A stretch of DNA of 20,413 nt from Candidatus Woesearchaeota archaeon (GCA_964623495.1 CAZUTV010000001.1:229936-250348), one strand, 5' to 3'. Shown: positions 1 to 8,450, counted from the stretch's first letter. Numbers and translations: made by a program. Notes: a model not told the origin generated them from the sequence alone.

Positions 1-2
1 TA

Positions 3-731
3 AGCAAAATAGCAGAATATTTTGAGGAACTATGGATCAGAACCTCAGATATAAGAAGCGACGAATTTCACGACCTAAAAGGAGCTCCGGAAGAAATTGA
101 AGCAAACCCTATGCTTGGCTTCCATGGAATCAGATACGGACTAAAAAACTCGCAAATATTATTGGCAGAACTAAAAGCGTTGAAAAGAGTGGCAATTAGG
201 GGAAAGAAAATAGGAATTTTGCTCCCACAAATAATCTCTGTTGACGAAGTAAAGCAAGTCAAGCAAATGCTAAAAGAGATAAACTTTCTACAGGCAAAAG
301 TAGGGGTTATGGTTGAAACCCCTGCCGCAGTTCAGATAATCAAAGATTTATGTGATGAGGGGATAGATTTCGTCTCTTTCGGAACAAATGACCTTACTCA
401 GTATATTTTAGCAATAGATAGGGGAAATGAAAAAGTCCAATATCTTTACAATGAAATGAACCCTGCAGTCTTATATCAATTAGAGTTTGTAATCCGCGTT
501 TGTAAGCGAAACAATGTTGAAACAAGCATATGTGGACAGGCAGGAAGTAAAAAAGAAATGGTTAAATTCTTAGTTGAAAGAGGAATTGACAGCATAAGCG
601 TTAACGCAGACAAGGCAAAAGAAATCTCTGATTTTGTTGCCGAAATAGAAAAAAACCTTGTTACTGGCACAGACAAAGAACCAAGAAAATATAGGCCAGA
701 AAAGAGGGAAATGGAGAAGATATTTGATTAA
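3..731 (+). CDS. ppsA: PEP-utilizing enzyme C-terminal TIM-barrel domain (phosphoenolpyruvate synthase / pyruvate,water dikinase family), 5'-truncated by the window edge
   Basis: Frame 3 is open from the window edge (SKIAEYFEELWIRTSD...), upstream of the Met at 111 used by the ORF track. Motifs NPMLGFHG, VGVMVETPAA, FVSFGTNDLTQY and CGQAGS match the PEP-utilizers C domain. Stop TAA at 729-731. Confidence 0.8.
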   Translation, partial: SKIAEYFEELWIRTSDIRSDEFHDLKGAPEEIEANPMLGFHGIRYGLKNSQILLAELKALKRVAIRGKKIGILLPQIISVDEVKQVKQMLKEINFLQAKVGVMVETPAAVQIIKDLCDEGIDFVSFGTNDLTQYILAIDRGNEKVQYLYNEMNPAVLYQLEFVIRVCKRNNVETSICGQAGSKKEMVKFLVERGIDSISVNADKAKEISDFVAEIEKNLVTGTDKEPRKYRPEKREMEKIFD

Positions 732-732
732 A

Positions 733-740
733 TTTATAAA
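733..740 (+). promoter_or_regulatory. TATA-like box TTTATAAA, ends 22 nt before ATG 762 (leaderless-type spacing)
   Basis: Same element and same spacing recur at 2079-2086/2108, 4738-4745/4767, 10628-10635/10657 and 15924-15931/15953. Confidence 0.5.
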
Positions 741-761
741 CATCTTAATCCTCATTAAAAC

Positions 762-1415
762 ATGGCAAAAAAAGGGGCGAAAAAAAAGTCTAAAAGAAGA
801 CACGTAACACACCGGATCAAAGTAGAATCGGTTCCTTCTCAGCAAATTATTCAAGTTCCAATGCAGAAAGAGTCAAACACCAGCCAGGTTCTTCTAGAAA
901 ACTTTGTTTCATTGCAGAGAGTCTTAACAAATCTTTCTTTAAAAGTAGATTCTTTAACCACCCAAATTTCTAAACTTCTCGAATTGTTTGAACTTTCAGC
1001 TAAGGCCCTTGCTGAAAAAGATTTTGAAATAGAAAAAGAAAATAAGAATATGCTCGATAGATTAGACAAACTTTTAGACCAAAACAAGGTTCTTGCAAGA
1101 GGTATTTCGTTAATGCATGAGAGAATTCCTGCCCAGGAGCAATACTTCCCACCAATTCAACCTCTTCAGCCAATGCCGCAAATGCCCCCAGCACAACCCC
1201 CACAAACTCAAGGTCCGCCGCAAAGCTCTTCGCCATACATAAGAGAAATCCAAGAAACTACTAGAAAGCCAATCATGCAGCAGCAAATGTTCCAGCCTTC
1301 ACAGCCACCAATCAAAAAACCCCAAAACCCCCCACAGCAGGAAAATCAAGAAATGCCTGAACCGCCATTTCCTGAAGAGTATCAAGAGTTTGAATCTCCT
1401 TTTGAAGAGCAATAA
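762..1415 (+). CDS. hypothetical protein: Lys/Arg-rich N-terminus, central coiled-coil-like heptad region, Pro/Gln-rich acidic C-terminus
   Basis: 217-aa ORF. TATA-like TTTATAAA ends 22 nt before the ATG. Sequence runs MAKKGAKKKSKRRH..., then LLENFVSLQRVLTNLSLKVDSLTTQISKLLELFE..., then PPIQPLQPMPQMPPAQPPQTQGPPQ. No family recognised. Confidence 0.6.
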   Translation: MAKKGAKKKSKRRHVTHRIKVESVPSQQIIQVPMQKESNTSQVLLENFVSLQRVLTNLSLKVDSLTTQISKLLELFELSAKALAEKDFEIEKENKNMLDRLDKLLDQNKVLARGISLMHERIPAQEQYFPPIQPLQPMPQMPPAQPPQTQGPPQSSSPYIREIQETTRKPIMQQQMFQPSQPPIKKPQNPPQQENQEMPEPPFPEEYQEFESPFEEQ

Positions 1416-1423
1416 TAAGTGAA

Positions 1424-2074
1424 ATGTTACAAGAAGACAATTTTAAAGTATTAAGCAAAGCATCCGATCAATTCAAAGCTTTATTTCTTCTAAGAATAGT
1501 TAAGGAAATGATAAGAAATTCTGAAACAGAGGACCTAGACAAACTTGGAAGCATTATAAAAAAGAAAAGAAATGAAAAAAGAAAAAGCTCTGATGGTTAT
1601 TTTAAAGAAAAATATCCAGAACATATTCCAAGTATAATGTACCGCCATCAAGAAGCTCGTCAAGCAATCAGGCCACCCCCAACCCCAACATTCCAAGAAT
1701 TTTCCATGCCAGAGACAAATCCCTATATGCCTGCCCCACAACAAAGAAATATTCAGCTAAATCTTGGAAGACTCAATAATCTAATTAGAGATCCAAACGT
1801 CACAAGCATAGAATGCCCGGGTCCAGAAGAAAACATAACTATCAGGGGCCCAAGAGGAACCAGGGTAATAAACCTCTTCCTAAGCAAAGACGAAGTACAC
1901 CAAATATTGCAGATTTTTTCACAGGTGTCAAAAATTCCGATAGAAGAGGGGGTTGTAAGAATAATGGTGGGACGACTTAGTCTATCTGCGGTAGTTTCAG
2001 ACGTTTTAGGGTCAAGATTCATAATAAAAAAAGCCATGCAGCAGCCACAAAGCCAGTTCATGAGAAGATATTGA
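1424..2074 (+). CDS. stand-alone N-terminal domain of a type II/IV secretion (GspE/FlaI/VirB11-like) ATPase; no Walker A/ATPase domain
   Basis: C-terminal 100 aa (LNNLIRDPNVTSIECPGPEENITIRGPRGTRVINLFLSKDEVHQILQIFSQVSKIPIEEGVVRIMVGRLSLSAVVSDVLGSRFIIKK) follow the T2SSE N-terminal pattern L..L..DP.VT.I..NGP..h.h......S.-E....I......I.E.....G.R..A.......G....IRK. The ORF stops where the Walker A motif normally begins. It starts 8 nt after the stop of the upstream ORF. Confidence 0.6.
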   Translation: MLQEDNFKVLSKASDQFKALFLLRIVKEMIRNSETEDLDKLGSIIKKKRNEKRKSSDGYFKEKYPEHIPSIMYRHQEARQAIRPPPTPTFQEFSMPETNPYMPAPQQRNIQLNLGRLNNLIRDPNVTSIECPGPEENITIRGPRGTRVINLFLSKDEVHQILQIFSQVSKIPIEEGVVRIMVGRLSLSAVVSDVLGSRFIIKKAMQQPQSQFMRRY

Positions 2075-2078
2075 TAAT

Positions 2079-2086
2079 CTTATAAA
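2079..2086 (+). promoter_or_regulatory. TATA-like box CTTATAAA, ends 22 nt before ATG 2108
   Basis: Conserved element and spacing, see 733-740. Confidence 0.5.
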
Positions 2087-2107
2087 CTGCCGATTGTTTC
2101 TTAAATC

Positions 2108-2389
2108 ATGCAAAAAACAATCACGAAAACCAAGCTAGACAAGTATTTCAAGCTAACAACGACTGCCCTCACAATAGCTAAAAAGTCTATAATAAAAAAC
2201 AAGGAAAAAGAAGCTAAAGAAATTATAGAGATGGTTTCTAATTATCTTTCAGATGCAAAGCACTTTCAAAACAAGGAGAATTTTGTAGACGCCTTTGCAG
2301 CATTAAATTATGCACATGGCTGGCTTGATGCAGGGGTAAGATTGGATGTTTTTGATGTTGATAATAACAAACTGTTTACTGTGAAATAG
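2108..2389 (+). CDS. small helical protein, DUF357-like (archaeal)
   Basis: 93-aa ORF. CTTATAAA ends 22 nt before the ATG. The C-terminal motif AFAALNYAHGWLDAGVRL resembles the conserved DUF357 signature as I remember it. Confidence 0.5.
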   Translation: MQKTITKTKLDKYFKLTTTALTIAKKSIIKNKEKEAKEIIEMVSNYLSDAKHFQNKENFVDAFAALNYAHGWLDAGVRLDVFDVDNNKLFTVK

Positions 2390-2391
2390 AA

Positions 2392-2820
2392 CTATCCCTT
2401 AATTCTGCGATACATCAACACGGGTCTTATAACATGACTTAAAAGGCCATAGAATATCTTGTCTTCAGAAGCTGTTCCGTTAAATTCACACTTAAAATGA
2501 TACCCTTCTTCATCTCTGTAAAATCTCCTCTTTCGTAAAAAATACTGGCTTTTGTTCATATCATCCCTAATTTTTTCATATCCTGGTTGATTAAAAGTAT
2601 CTAGTTTATGGAGGCTCTCAAAATGGGCAGAAAAAACTTCGTCATCTACTTGCGGAAAAATTAAGACTTCAAGTTTTCGACCACTTACATCAAAGATAAA
2701 ATCAACCCCAAGAAGAGATATCGAAGGACGGCCTTCATCTGTAATTGCGGCCCTGCTTCCAACATTCAAACTTCTGAAATGGGCGGCAACATCCTTAACT
2801 AAATCCTCGCCTAAAATCAT
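2392..2820 (-). CDS. hypothetical protein
   Basis: 142-aa ORF convergent with the DUF357 gene (stops 2 nt apart). Non-repetitive, globular-looking sequence. A/T-rich TATA-like element upstream on the minus strand. No family recognised. Confidence 0.55.
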   Translation of the reverse strand: MILGEDLVKDVAAHFRSLNVGSRAAITDEGRPSISLLGVDFIFDVSGRKLEVLIFPQVDDEVFSAHFESLHKLDTFNQPGYEKIRDDMNKSQYFLRKRRFYRDEEGYHFKCEFNGTASEDKIFYGLLSHVIRPVLMYRRIKG

Positions 2821-2895
2821 AAAAAAGAATGAAACACTAACTTAAAAACCATTGTTATACTATAACATATATCTCTAAAAATTTAAAAAAGCCCA

Positions 2896-3597
2896 ATGCT
2901 TGATTATAAAATGAAAAAGGTGATGGTGTTAAGTTTGGGGGGCAGTTTAATAATCCCTAACGAAGCAGACATAAAATTCCTTAAAAAATTCAAAGAGGTT
3001 TTAGAAAAACACTCCAAAAATTACAGGTTTGTGGTTGTTTGTGGTGGAGGAAGCACAGCTAGAAAATACATTAATGGTTTAAAGGCTGCTGGCAAATCCA
3101 GTATGTTTCAAGCAATGGCAGGCATATCTTCCACAAGGATGAATGCAAGATTCATGACTTATTTATTTGGGAAAGATGCAAATGAAGGAATCCCTCACGA
3201 CATGAAACACGTTAGCACACTACTAGCCAAAAATGATTTTGTCTTTTGCGGGGCATTAAGATATGCGGAAAATGAAACCTCGGACGGAACAGCTGCAAAA
3301 CTAGCAGCTTTCTTTAAATCCCCATTCATAAATCTGACGAATGTTTCTGGCTTGCATGACAAAAATCCAAAGAAGTTCAAAGATACAAGGTTCATTCCAG
3401 AAATTTCGTGGAAATCTTTTCATGCAATGGCAAACAAAACAAAGTTTGAGCCAGGCCAGCACTTTGTTCTTGATCAAAGTGCCTCGAAGATAATAATGGA
3501 AAAACAAATAACAACTTATATTTTAGGCCAAGACATGAAACAACTCGATAATCTTCTAAAAGGAGTAAAGTTTAAAGGCACAGTTATCTTTGGTTAA
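2896..3597 (+). CDS. pyrH: UMP kinase, archaeal type (amino-acid kinase fold)
   Basis: VLSLGGSLIIP...DIKFLKKF...VVVCGGGSTARKYI...TSDGTAAKLAAFFKSPFINLTNVSGLHDKNPKK matches archaeal UMP kinase architecture. The start is ambiguous (ATG 2896 or ATG 2911); both have TATA-like elements about 22 nt upstream. Confidence 0.7.
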   Translation: MLDYKMKKVMVLSLGGSLIIPNEADIKFLKKFKEVLEKHSKNYRFVVVCGGGSTARKYINGLKAAGKSSMFQAMAGISSTRMNARFMTYLFGKDANEGIPHDMKHVSTLLAKNDFVFCGALRYAENETSDGTAAKLAAFFKSPFINLTNVSGLHDKNPKKFKDTRFIPEISWKSFHAMANKTKFEPGQHFVLDQSASKIIMEKQITTYILGQDMKQLDNLLKGVKFKGTVIFG

Positions 3598-3599
3598 AA

Positions 3600-3806
3600 A
3601 TGGAAAAGAGGACCCTAAAGCAAATAATCTCTGCACTCCTGATGGTTGGAGGTGTTGGTCTGTTAGTGTATTCCTCAAAAATGGGCAGTTCAACGGGTTT
3701 TGCTGTAAAAGAAGTTGCAACAAGCCCGGCATCAATATTCGCTCTTTCTACAGGGATAATCCTTTTTATTATAGGCTATCTTTTATTCAGGAATACAAGA
3801 TACTAA
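3600..3806 (+). CDS. small membrane protein (two predicted TM helices)
   Basis: 68-aa ORF starting 2 nt after the pyrH stop. Hydrophobic segments IISALLMVGGVGLLVY and IFALSTGIILFIIGYLLF. Preferred over the overlapping 3590..3811 frame, which is Cys/Arg-rich and non-protein-like. Confidence 0.45.
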   Translation: MEKRTLKQIISALLMVGGVGLLVYSSKMGSSTGFAVKEVATSPASIFALSTGIILFIIGYLLFRNTRY

Positions 3807-3844
3807 GCTAAAGATTTAAATACTAATTCTATAAGCCATGTATT

Positions 3845-4732
3845 ATGGCAAAATCCCTAATACTTTACATGAAAGATGAAGATGCGGTTAATGCAGATTT
3901 TCAAAGAAATGGAAAGCTTCCAACCCTAGAAAGAGTTATTGAAGCAACCCAAGGAAATGTTGTTCTTTCTGTTGTTCCTGGAAGACTGCCTGGAGTCAAT
4001 CATAATAGACCAATACAAGTAAAACTCTTGCCAGAAGCCGTTGATTATGTTAGAATGTTGGTAGAACACTACAGATTAAATCTCGGGCAGCTGGGAGTTT
4101 ATCACTGCTGCGATAAAGGTTATCAACCAGGAAAAGACAGGCACTCTCATGAAGAATTCTTAAGGCACGGAACCAATGGCGAGGCCTTTGAGTCAGAATT
4201 AAGAGACAAAAAAAGTGCCATACAAACCGCATTTGGAACAAACCCCATGGCCTTTACCTCTCCTCAAAACTGGATGTTTGACGAAAAAGGAAGGCTCAAC
4301 ATCCAAGCATTAGAATACATTTCAAGACAGTTTGATATATTAGTATTACCTCATCCAGGTAGAGTTCTAGGAATCCCATTTTACAAGCTAAAAGAATCAG
4401 GAAGAATAACAACAGGGATGCGCCCCTCAACAAATTCTTCCATCATAGAATTTCAGCACTTGTGTATACTTCCTACAGCAGACTTAACAAAAGGGGATAG
4501 AAAAACAATAGAACAGCATGCAGGACTATATGTCCATTACGATGACCTTCTCAGACAAGGGGAAAAACACGTAAGGACAATTGAAGCAATAGGAAGTCAG
4601 ATTGTCAGCCCAAGCCAACTCCATTATCCTAGAGATTCAGGCACAGTCTATGACAAAATGTACCTATCAAAGCTTAGCGAAGACGTAAGCAGAACGGCTC
4701 TTTTAAGAGGCTTTAAAGAGTTAATCAGATAG
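3845..4732 (+). CDS. hypothetical protein (weak resemblance to polysaccharide-deacetylase/DUF2334-like His-rich motif; not established)
   Basis: 295-aa ORF with a TATA-like ATTTAAATA about 22 nt upstream. Lys-poor and visibly more G+C-rich than its neighbours. Contains the GVYHCCDKGYQPGKDRHSHEEF motif. Confidence 0.6.
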   Translation: MAKSLILYMKDEDAVNADFQRNGKLPTLERVIEATQGNVVLSVVPGRLPGVNHNRPIQVKLLPEAVDYVRMLVEHYRLNLGQLGVYHCCDKGYQPGKDRHSHEEFLRHGTNGEAFESELRDKKSAIQTAFGTNPMAFTSPQNWMFDEKGRLNIQALEYISRQFDILVLPHPGRVLGIPFYKLKESGRITTGMRPSTNSSIIEFQHLCILPTADLTKGDRKTIEQHAGLYVHYDDLLRQGEKHVRTIEAIGSQIVSPSQLHYPRDSGTVYDKMYLSKLSEDVSRTALLRGFKELIR

Positions 4733-4737
4733 CATCC

Positions 4738-4745
4738 TTTATAAA
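4738..4745 (+). promoter_or_regulatory. TATA-like box TTTATAAA, ends 22 nt before ATG 4767
   Basis: Conserved element and spacing. Confidence 0.5.
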
Positions 4746-4766
4746 ATCTAGATTATTTCTTATTTT

Positions 4767-5201
4767 ATGAATATAATAACAGCCTCAACATTTGAAAAAA
4801 CCAGAAATCTAATAAAATCAGCAAAACATCCAATAATCCTCTCCAGCAATGATGATGAACTTAATCGTAAAATTCTTGAAAAGGAAAAAATAGATCTTCT
4901 TATCATAAATGTGAAAAACAGAAAAGACTATCAAAAGCAAAGAAATTCTGGCTTAGATAATGTAATGGTGAAAGAAGCTGCAAAAAAAGGGATTATTATC
5001 GGAATTAACTTAGAGGAATACCTAAATTCAAATGCAAAAGACAAGATTGAAATTCTAGCAAGAATAAGGCAAAATGTGAGCTTATGCAAGAAACACAAGG
5101 TAAAAATGACATTTATCCCGCAATCAAGAGACCTCCATGGTCTTAAGGCATTAGGAAGTGTTTTGGGAATGCCGACAAATATGCTAACTTTCTTTAACTA
5201 A
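4767..5201 (+). CDS. rnp3: ribonuclease P protein component 3 (Rpp30/Pop2 family), N-terminally short form
   Basis: NRKDYQKQRNSGLDNVMVKEAAKKGIIIGINLEEYLNSNAKDKIEILARIRQNVSLCKKHKVKMTFIPQSRDLHGLKALGSVLGM aligns by eye with the C-terminal two-thirds of Pyrococcus Rpp30 (NRKD..GIDHVLAK....V.LGFSL..LL.SN........L..KYKV....SSA.....R.PRDLISLG.V.GM). TTTATAAA ends 22 nt before the ATG. Confidence 0.6.
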   Translation: MNIITASTFEKTRNLIKSAKHPIILSSNDDELNRKILEKEKIDLLIINVKNRKDYQKQRNSGLDNVMVKEAAKKGIIIGINLEEYLNSNAKDKIEILARIRQNVSLCKKHKVKMTFIPQSRDLHGLKALGSVLGMPTNMLTFFN

Positions 5202-5233
5202 AACTTTTTAACCTCATACAGCCTCTTAAAAAC

Positions 5234-6748
5234 ATGTTAGACGTAAATAATATAATTGAATCGCTAAGTCCCAATGAAAGAAAAATTCTGCCTTATTTAG
5301 AAGAAGATTCTATTGATTTGATATACAAAAGAACAGGCCTTGATGAAATCTCGATAACTAGGGCTTTAACTTTCCTTGAAAACAAAGGAATCGTTAAAAT
5401 TAAACAATCAAAGAAAAAAATTATTGAGGTAGGAGTTAATGGGGCTTTATACAGAAAAAAAGGGCTCCCTGAGAGAAGACTTTTAGATATTTTAAATGAG
5501 AAAAAAGACCTAGATTTAACCCAAGCTCAAAAACTAACCTCTCTATCTGATGATGAATTCAAGGCGTCTATTGGTGCTTTAAAGAAAAAGGCAATGATAG
5601 AGATAAAAGAGAACAAGATAGTTTTAACATCAACAAAACAGGAAATAGCAAAAAAATTTCTTGAAGAGTCTTTCCTAGAGAGCCTTCCACTTGAACTAGA
5701 ATCTTTAAAACCAGAGCAACTGCATGCCTTTAAATCTCTTGAAAGCAGAAAAAATATTCTTGAGCTGCTGGAAGAGAAAGAGGTGGTTATTGAACTAACT
5801 GACCTTGGTAAGAAGATAGCAAAAGTAAAAATTCTTGAAGAGGATAAAATAGAGCAATTAACACCCGAAATGATAAAAAATGAATTCTGGAAAGGCAAAA
5901 AATTCAGAAGATATGATATTACTTCTCCGGTTCCTGCAATATACGGAGGAAAAAGACATTTTGTCAATCAGGCAAGCAGCTATGCAAGAAAGGTTTGGAC
6001 AGAACTCGGATTCAAAGAGATGGCAGGAAATTTGGCTGTAAGCAGTTTCTGGAATTTTGATGCTTTATTCACTGCCCAAGACCACCCTGTAAGAGAGATG
6101 CAGGATACTTTCTTCATAAATAAAAAAACAGATCTTCCTGAAAAAACCCTAGTAAAGGCAGTTAAAGGGGCCCATGAAAAAGGGGTTAAGGGCGGCGAAG
6201 GTTGGAACTATATTTGGAATGAAGAAGAGGCAAAAAAACTAGTTCTACGAACCCACACTACTTGTTTATCAGCACAAACTCTAGCTAAACTAGATAAAAA
6301 AAATCTACCTCAAAAATTCTTTGCCATAGGAAAAGTTTTTAGGAATGAAACAGTTGACTGGAGTCACGGCTTTGAATTCAACCAAACAGAGGGAATAGTC
6401 ATTGATAAAAATGCTAATTTCAGGCATTTGCTTGGATATTTAAAAGAATTTTTCAGAAAAATGGGTTTTGAAAAAATCAGGCTGCGCCCATCTTATTTTC
6501 CATACACCGAACCAAGCGTAGAAATAGATGTCTGGCATCCTGAAAAAGAAATATGGTTGGAACTTGGAGGAGCAGGAATTTTCAGGCCAGAGGTAACAAT
6601 TCCTCTTTTAGGAGAAGACATCCCAGTACTTGCATGGGGACCTGGATTTGACAGAATACTTATGGATTACTATGAAATCAAAGACCTAAGAGAGCTATAC
6701 AAAAATGATCTCAATAAACTAAGAAAGATAAAATTTTGGGTGAAATAA
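5234..6748 (+). CDS. pheS: phenylalanine--tRNA ligase alpha subunit, archaeal/eukaryal type
   Basis: Class II motifs HPVREMQDTFF, LRTHTT, FRNE..D..H..EFNQTEG, YFPYTEPS, GAGIFRPEV and AWGPGFDRI. Long N-terminal winged-helix-like extension typical of archaeal PheS. Confidence 0.95.
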   Translation: MLDVNNIIESLSPNERKILPYLEEDSIDLIYKRTGLDEISITRALTFLENKGIVKIKQSKKKIIEVGVNGALYRKKGLPERRLLDILNEKKDLDLTQAQKLTSLSDDEFKASIGALKKKAMIEIKENKIVLTSTKQEIAKKFLEESFLESLPLELESLKPEQLHAFKSLESRKNILELLEEKEVVIELTDLGKKIAKVKILEEDKIEQLTPEMIKNEFWKGKKFRRYDITSPVPAIYGGKRHFVNQASSYARKVWTELGFKEMAGNLAVSSFWNFDALFTAQDHPVREMQDTFFINKKTDLPEKTLVKAVKGAHEKGVKGGEGWNYIWNEEEAKKLVLRTHTTCLSAQTLAKLDKKNLPQKFFAIGKVFRNETVDWSHGFEFNQTEGIVIDKNANFRHLLGYLKEFFRKMGFEKIRLRPSYFPYTEPSVEIDVWHPEKEIWLELGGAGIFRPEVTIPLLGEDIPVLAWGPGFDRILMDYYEIKDLRELYKNDLNKLRKIKFWVK

Positions 6749-6749
6749 A

Positions 6750-8450
6750 ATGGCAGTAATGACAATAAACAAAAAAACATTTGAAAAAGAAATAGGGAGG
6801 TTGGACAAAAACATGCAGGAAAAGATTGCAATGTTCGGAACCCCTATAGACAAAATTTCAGAAGAAGAGATAGATATAGAGATTTTCCCTAACCGCCCAG
6901 ACCTATTATCCTTTCACGGATATAAGAGATCTTTCCTGGATTTTCTTGGCAAAAAATCAAAAAAAACGGAATATAAAGTCAATAAACCAGAAAAAAACTT
7001 CCAGGTGATTATAGACTCTTCTGTAAAAGACATAAGGCCATACACGGCATGTGCAATAGTCAAAGACCTCAGCCTTGACAATGAAAAAATCAAGGAGTTA
7101 ATAGACATACAAGAAAAACTCCACTCAACTTTAGGTAGAAACAGAAAAAAACTAGCAATTGGAATTTATCCCTTAGAAAAAATAGCTCTTCCGATAACAT
7201 TTAAGGCCTTGGATCCAGAAAAAATAAAATTCACCCCACTAGAAGCAGAAAGAGAAATGTCTGGGTTGGAAATTCTGCAAAAGCACCCCAAGGGAAAAGA
7301 ATTCTCTCATTTGCTGGCAGGAAAGGCCAAGTTCCCAATATTTGAAGATGCACTAGGGAATATCCTAAGCATGCCCCCAATAATAAACTCTATTTTAACA
7401 GGAAAAATTACAGAAAAAACAAAAGATGTCTTCATAGAATGCTCGGGCTTTGACTTAGAATCGTTAAAGAGGTGCTTGAACATAATCGTTGTTTGTTTAG
7501 CAGACATGCAAGGAAAAATTTACCAAATGGATTTGAAGTATTCAAAAAAAGAGATTACTCCTGACCTTTCTCCGAAAAAAACTAGATTAAATATAGATTA
7601 TGCAAACAAAATTCTTGGCTTAGACTTAAAGGAATCTCAAATAAAGTCTCTTCTAGAAAAAATGGGCCACGAATATAAAAATAAAATGGTTGAATCTCCT
7701 GGATGGAGAACAGACATTCTTCATGAAATAGATTTAGTAGAAGATCTAGCAATTGCTTATGGTTATGATAAATTTGTTCCGGAAATTCCTTCAATATCCA
7801 CAATAGGCGAGATAAACAGAGAAGAGAATATAAAAGAAAAAATTGCAGATGTCTTAACTGGCTCGGGAATTCAAGAAGTTTCAAACTATCATCTAACAAC
7901 CAAAAAAGATCAGTTTATGAATCAAGGTACCCAGGAAAAGCAAGCCAAAAATTTCATAGAATTAGAAAAATCAAAGACAGAGTTCGGTATTTTAAGGCAG
8001 GACTTATCCCATTATTTATTAAAAAACCTATCAGAAAATGTGGATGCAGAGTACCCTCAAGCAATTTTTGAGTTGGGGAAGGTCTTTGAAGACAATAAAG
8101 AGATTATTGAAAAAGAAAAACTGGCAATTGCAATAACCCCTGGAAATTTCACAGAGCTTAGGCAGATCCTGGAATATCTATTTAAAATGTTAGGATTAAA
8201 AATTAAAATTAGCGAGCCAGAAAACTCTCCATTGCATTTCATTGAAGGCAGAGTTGGCGAGATTGTTTTAGCTAATGATATCTCTGAGAATGGGGGGGGT
8301 GGTCGGGGAGATGGTGGTGGGAATATTAAAGAAACTTCTTTAGGTTTTATAGGCGAGATTCACCCAAAAATACTAAGCAACTGGAAGCTAAAAATGCCTG
8401 CAACTATTCTTGAAATATCCCTAGAAGAAATTTTTAAAAGGCTTGATTAA
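6750..8450 (+). CDS. pheT: phenylalanine--tRNA ligase beta subunit, archaeal type
   Basis: Starts 1 nt after the pheS stop. Contains IEIFPNRPDLLS, B3/4 and B5 region motifs, and a C-terminal GEIHPKIL..W.L..P motif. Length is typical of archaeal PheT. Carries a Gly-rich insertion at 8292-8321. Confidence 0.95.
   Translation: MAVMTINKKTFEKEIGRLDKNMQEKIAMFGTPIDKISEEEIDIEIFPNRPDLLSFHGYKRSFLDFLGKKSKKTEYKVNKPEKNFQVIIDSSVKDIRPYTACAIVKDLSLDNEKIKELIDIQEKLHSTLGRNRKKLAIGIYPLEKIALPITFKALDPEKIKFTPLEAEREMSGLEILQKHPKGKEFSHLLAGKAKFPIFEDALGNILSMPPIINSILTGKITEKTKDVFIECSGFDLESLKRCLNIIVVCLADMQGKIYQMDLKYSKKEITPDLSPKKTRLNIDYANKILGLDLKESQIKSLLEKMGHEYKNKMVESPGWRTDILHEIDLVEDLAIAYGYDKFVPEIPSISTIGEINREENIKEKIADVLTGSGIQEVSNYHLTTKKDQFMNQGTQEKQAKNFIELEKSKTEFGILRQDLSHYLLKNLSENVDAEYPQAIFELGKVFEDNKEIIEKEKLAIAITPGNFTELRQILEYLFKMLGLKIKISEPENSPLHFIEGRVGEIVLANDISENGGGGRGDGGGNIKETSLGFIGEIHPKILSNWKLKMPATILEISLEEIFKRLD
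8431..8440 (+). promoter_or_regulatory. TATA-like TTTTTAAAAG inside the 3' end of pheT, about 25 nt before the tRNA-Thr 5' end
   Basis: The position implies a tRNA transcript with little or no leader. Co-transcription with pheT is an alternative. Confidence 0.35.

Noticed and set aside
762-806. Similar basic N-termini: MAKKGAKKKSKRRH (762 ORF) and MAKKRAIKKRKVARRF (8883 ORF, minus strand).
   Set aside because: This is low-complexity Lys/Arg similarity favoured by A-rich codons and is insufficient to infer homology or a shared signal.
570-854. Antisense or shadow ORFs in the six-frame track. Examples: 68..262, 476..676, 570..854, 851..1236, 1535..2061, 3195..3507, 4050..4241, 5527..5967, 6914..8242, 9228..9497, 9978..10166, 12659..12844, 14319..15338, 15753..16087, 17729..17947, 18213..18422, 18784..19521.
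   Set aside because: Each lies opposite a well-supported gene and has low-complexity, Ser/Phe/Leu/Cys-rich composition typical of antisense frames in AT-rich DNA. None has a promoter-like box.
3590-3811. 73-aa ORF overlapping the 3600..3806 ORF in another frame.
   Set aside because: Its composition (Cys/Arg/Asn-rich, no hydrophobic core) is less protein-like than the two-TM reading in the alternative frame. Only one can be real.
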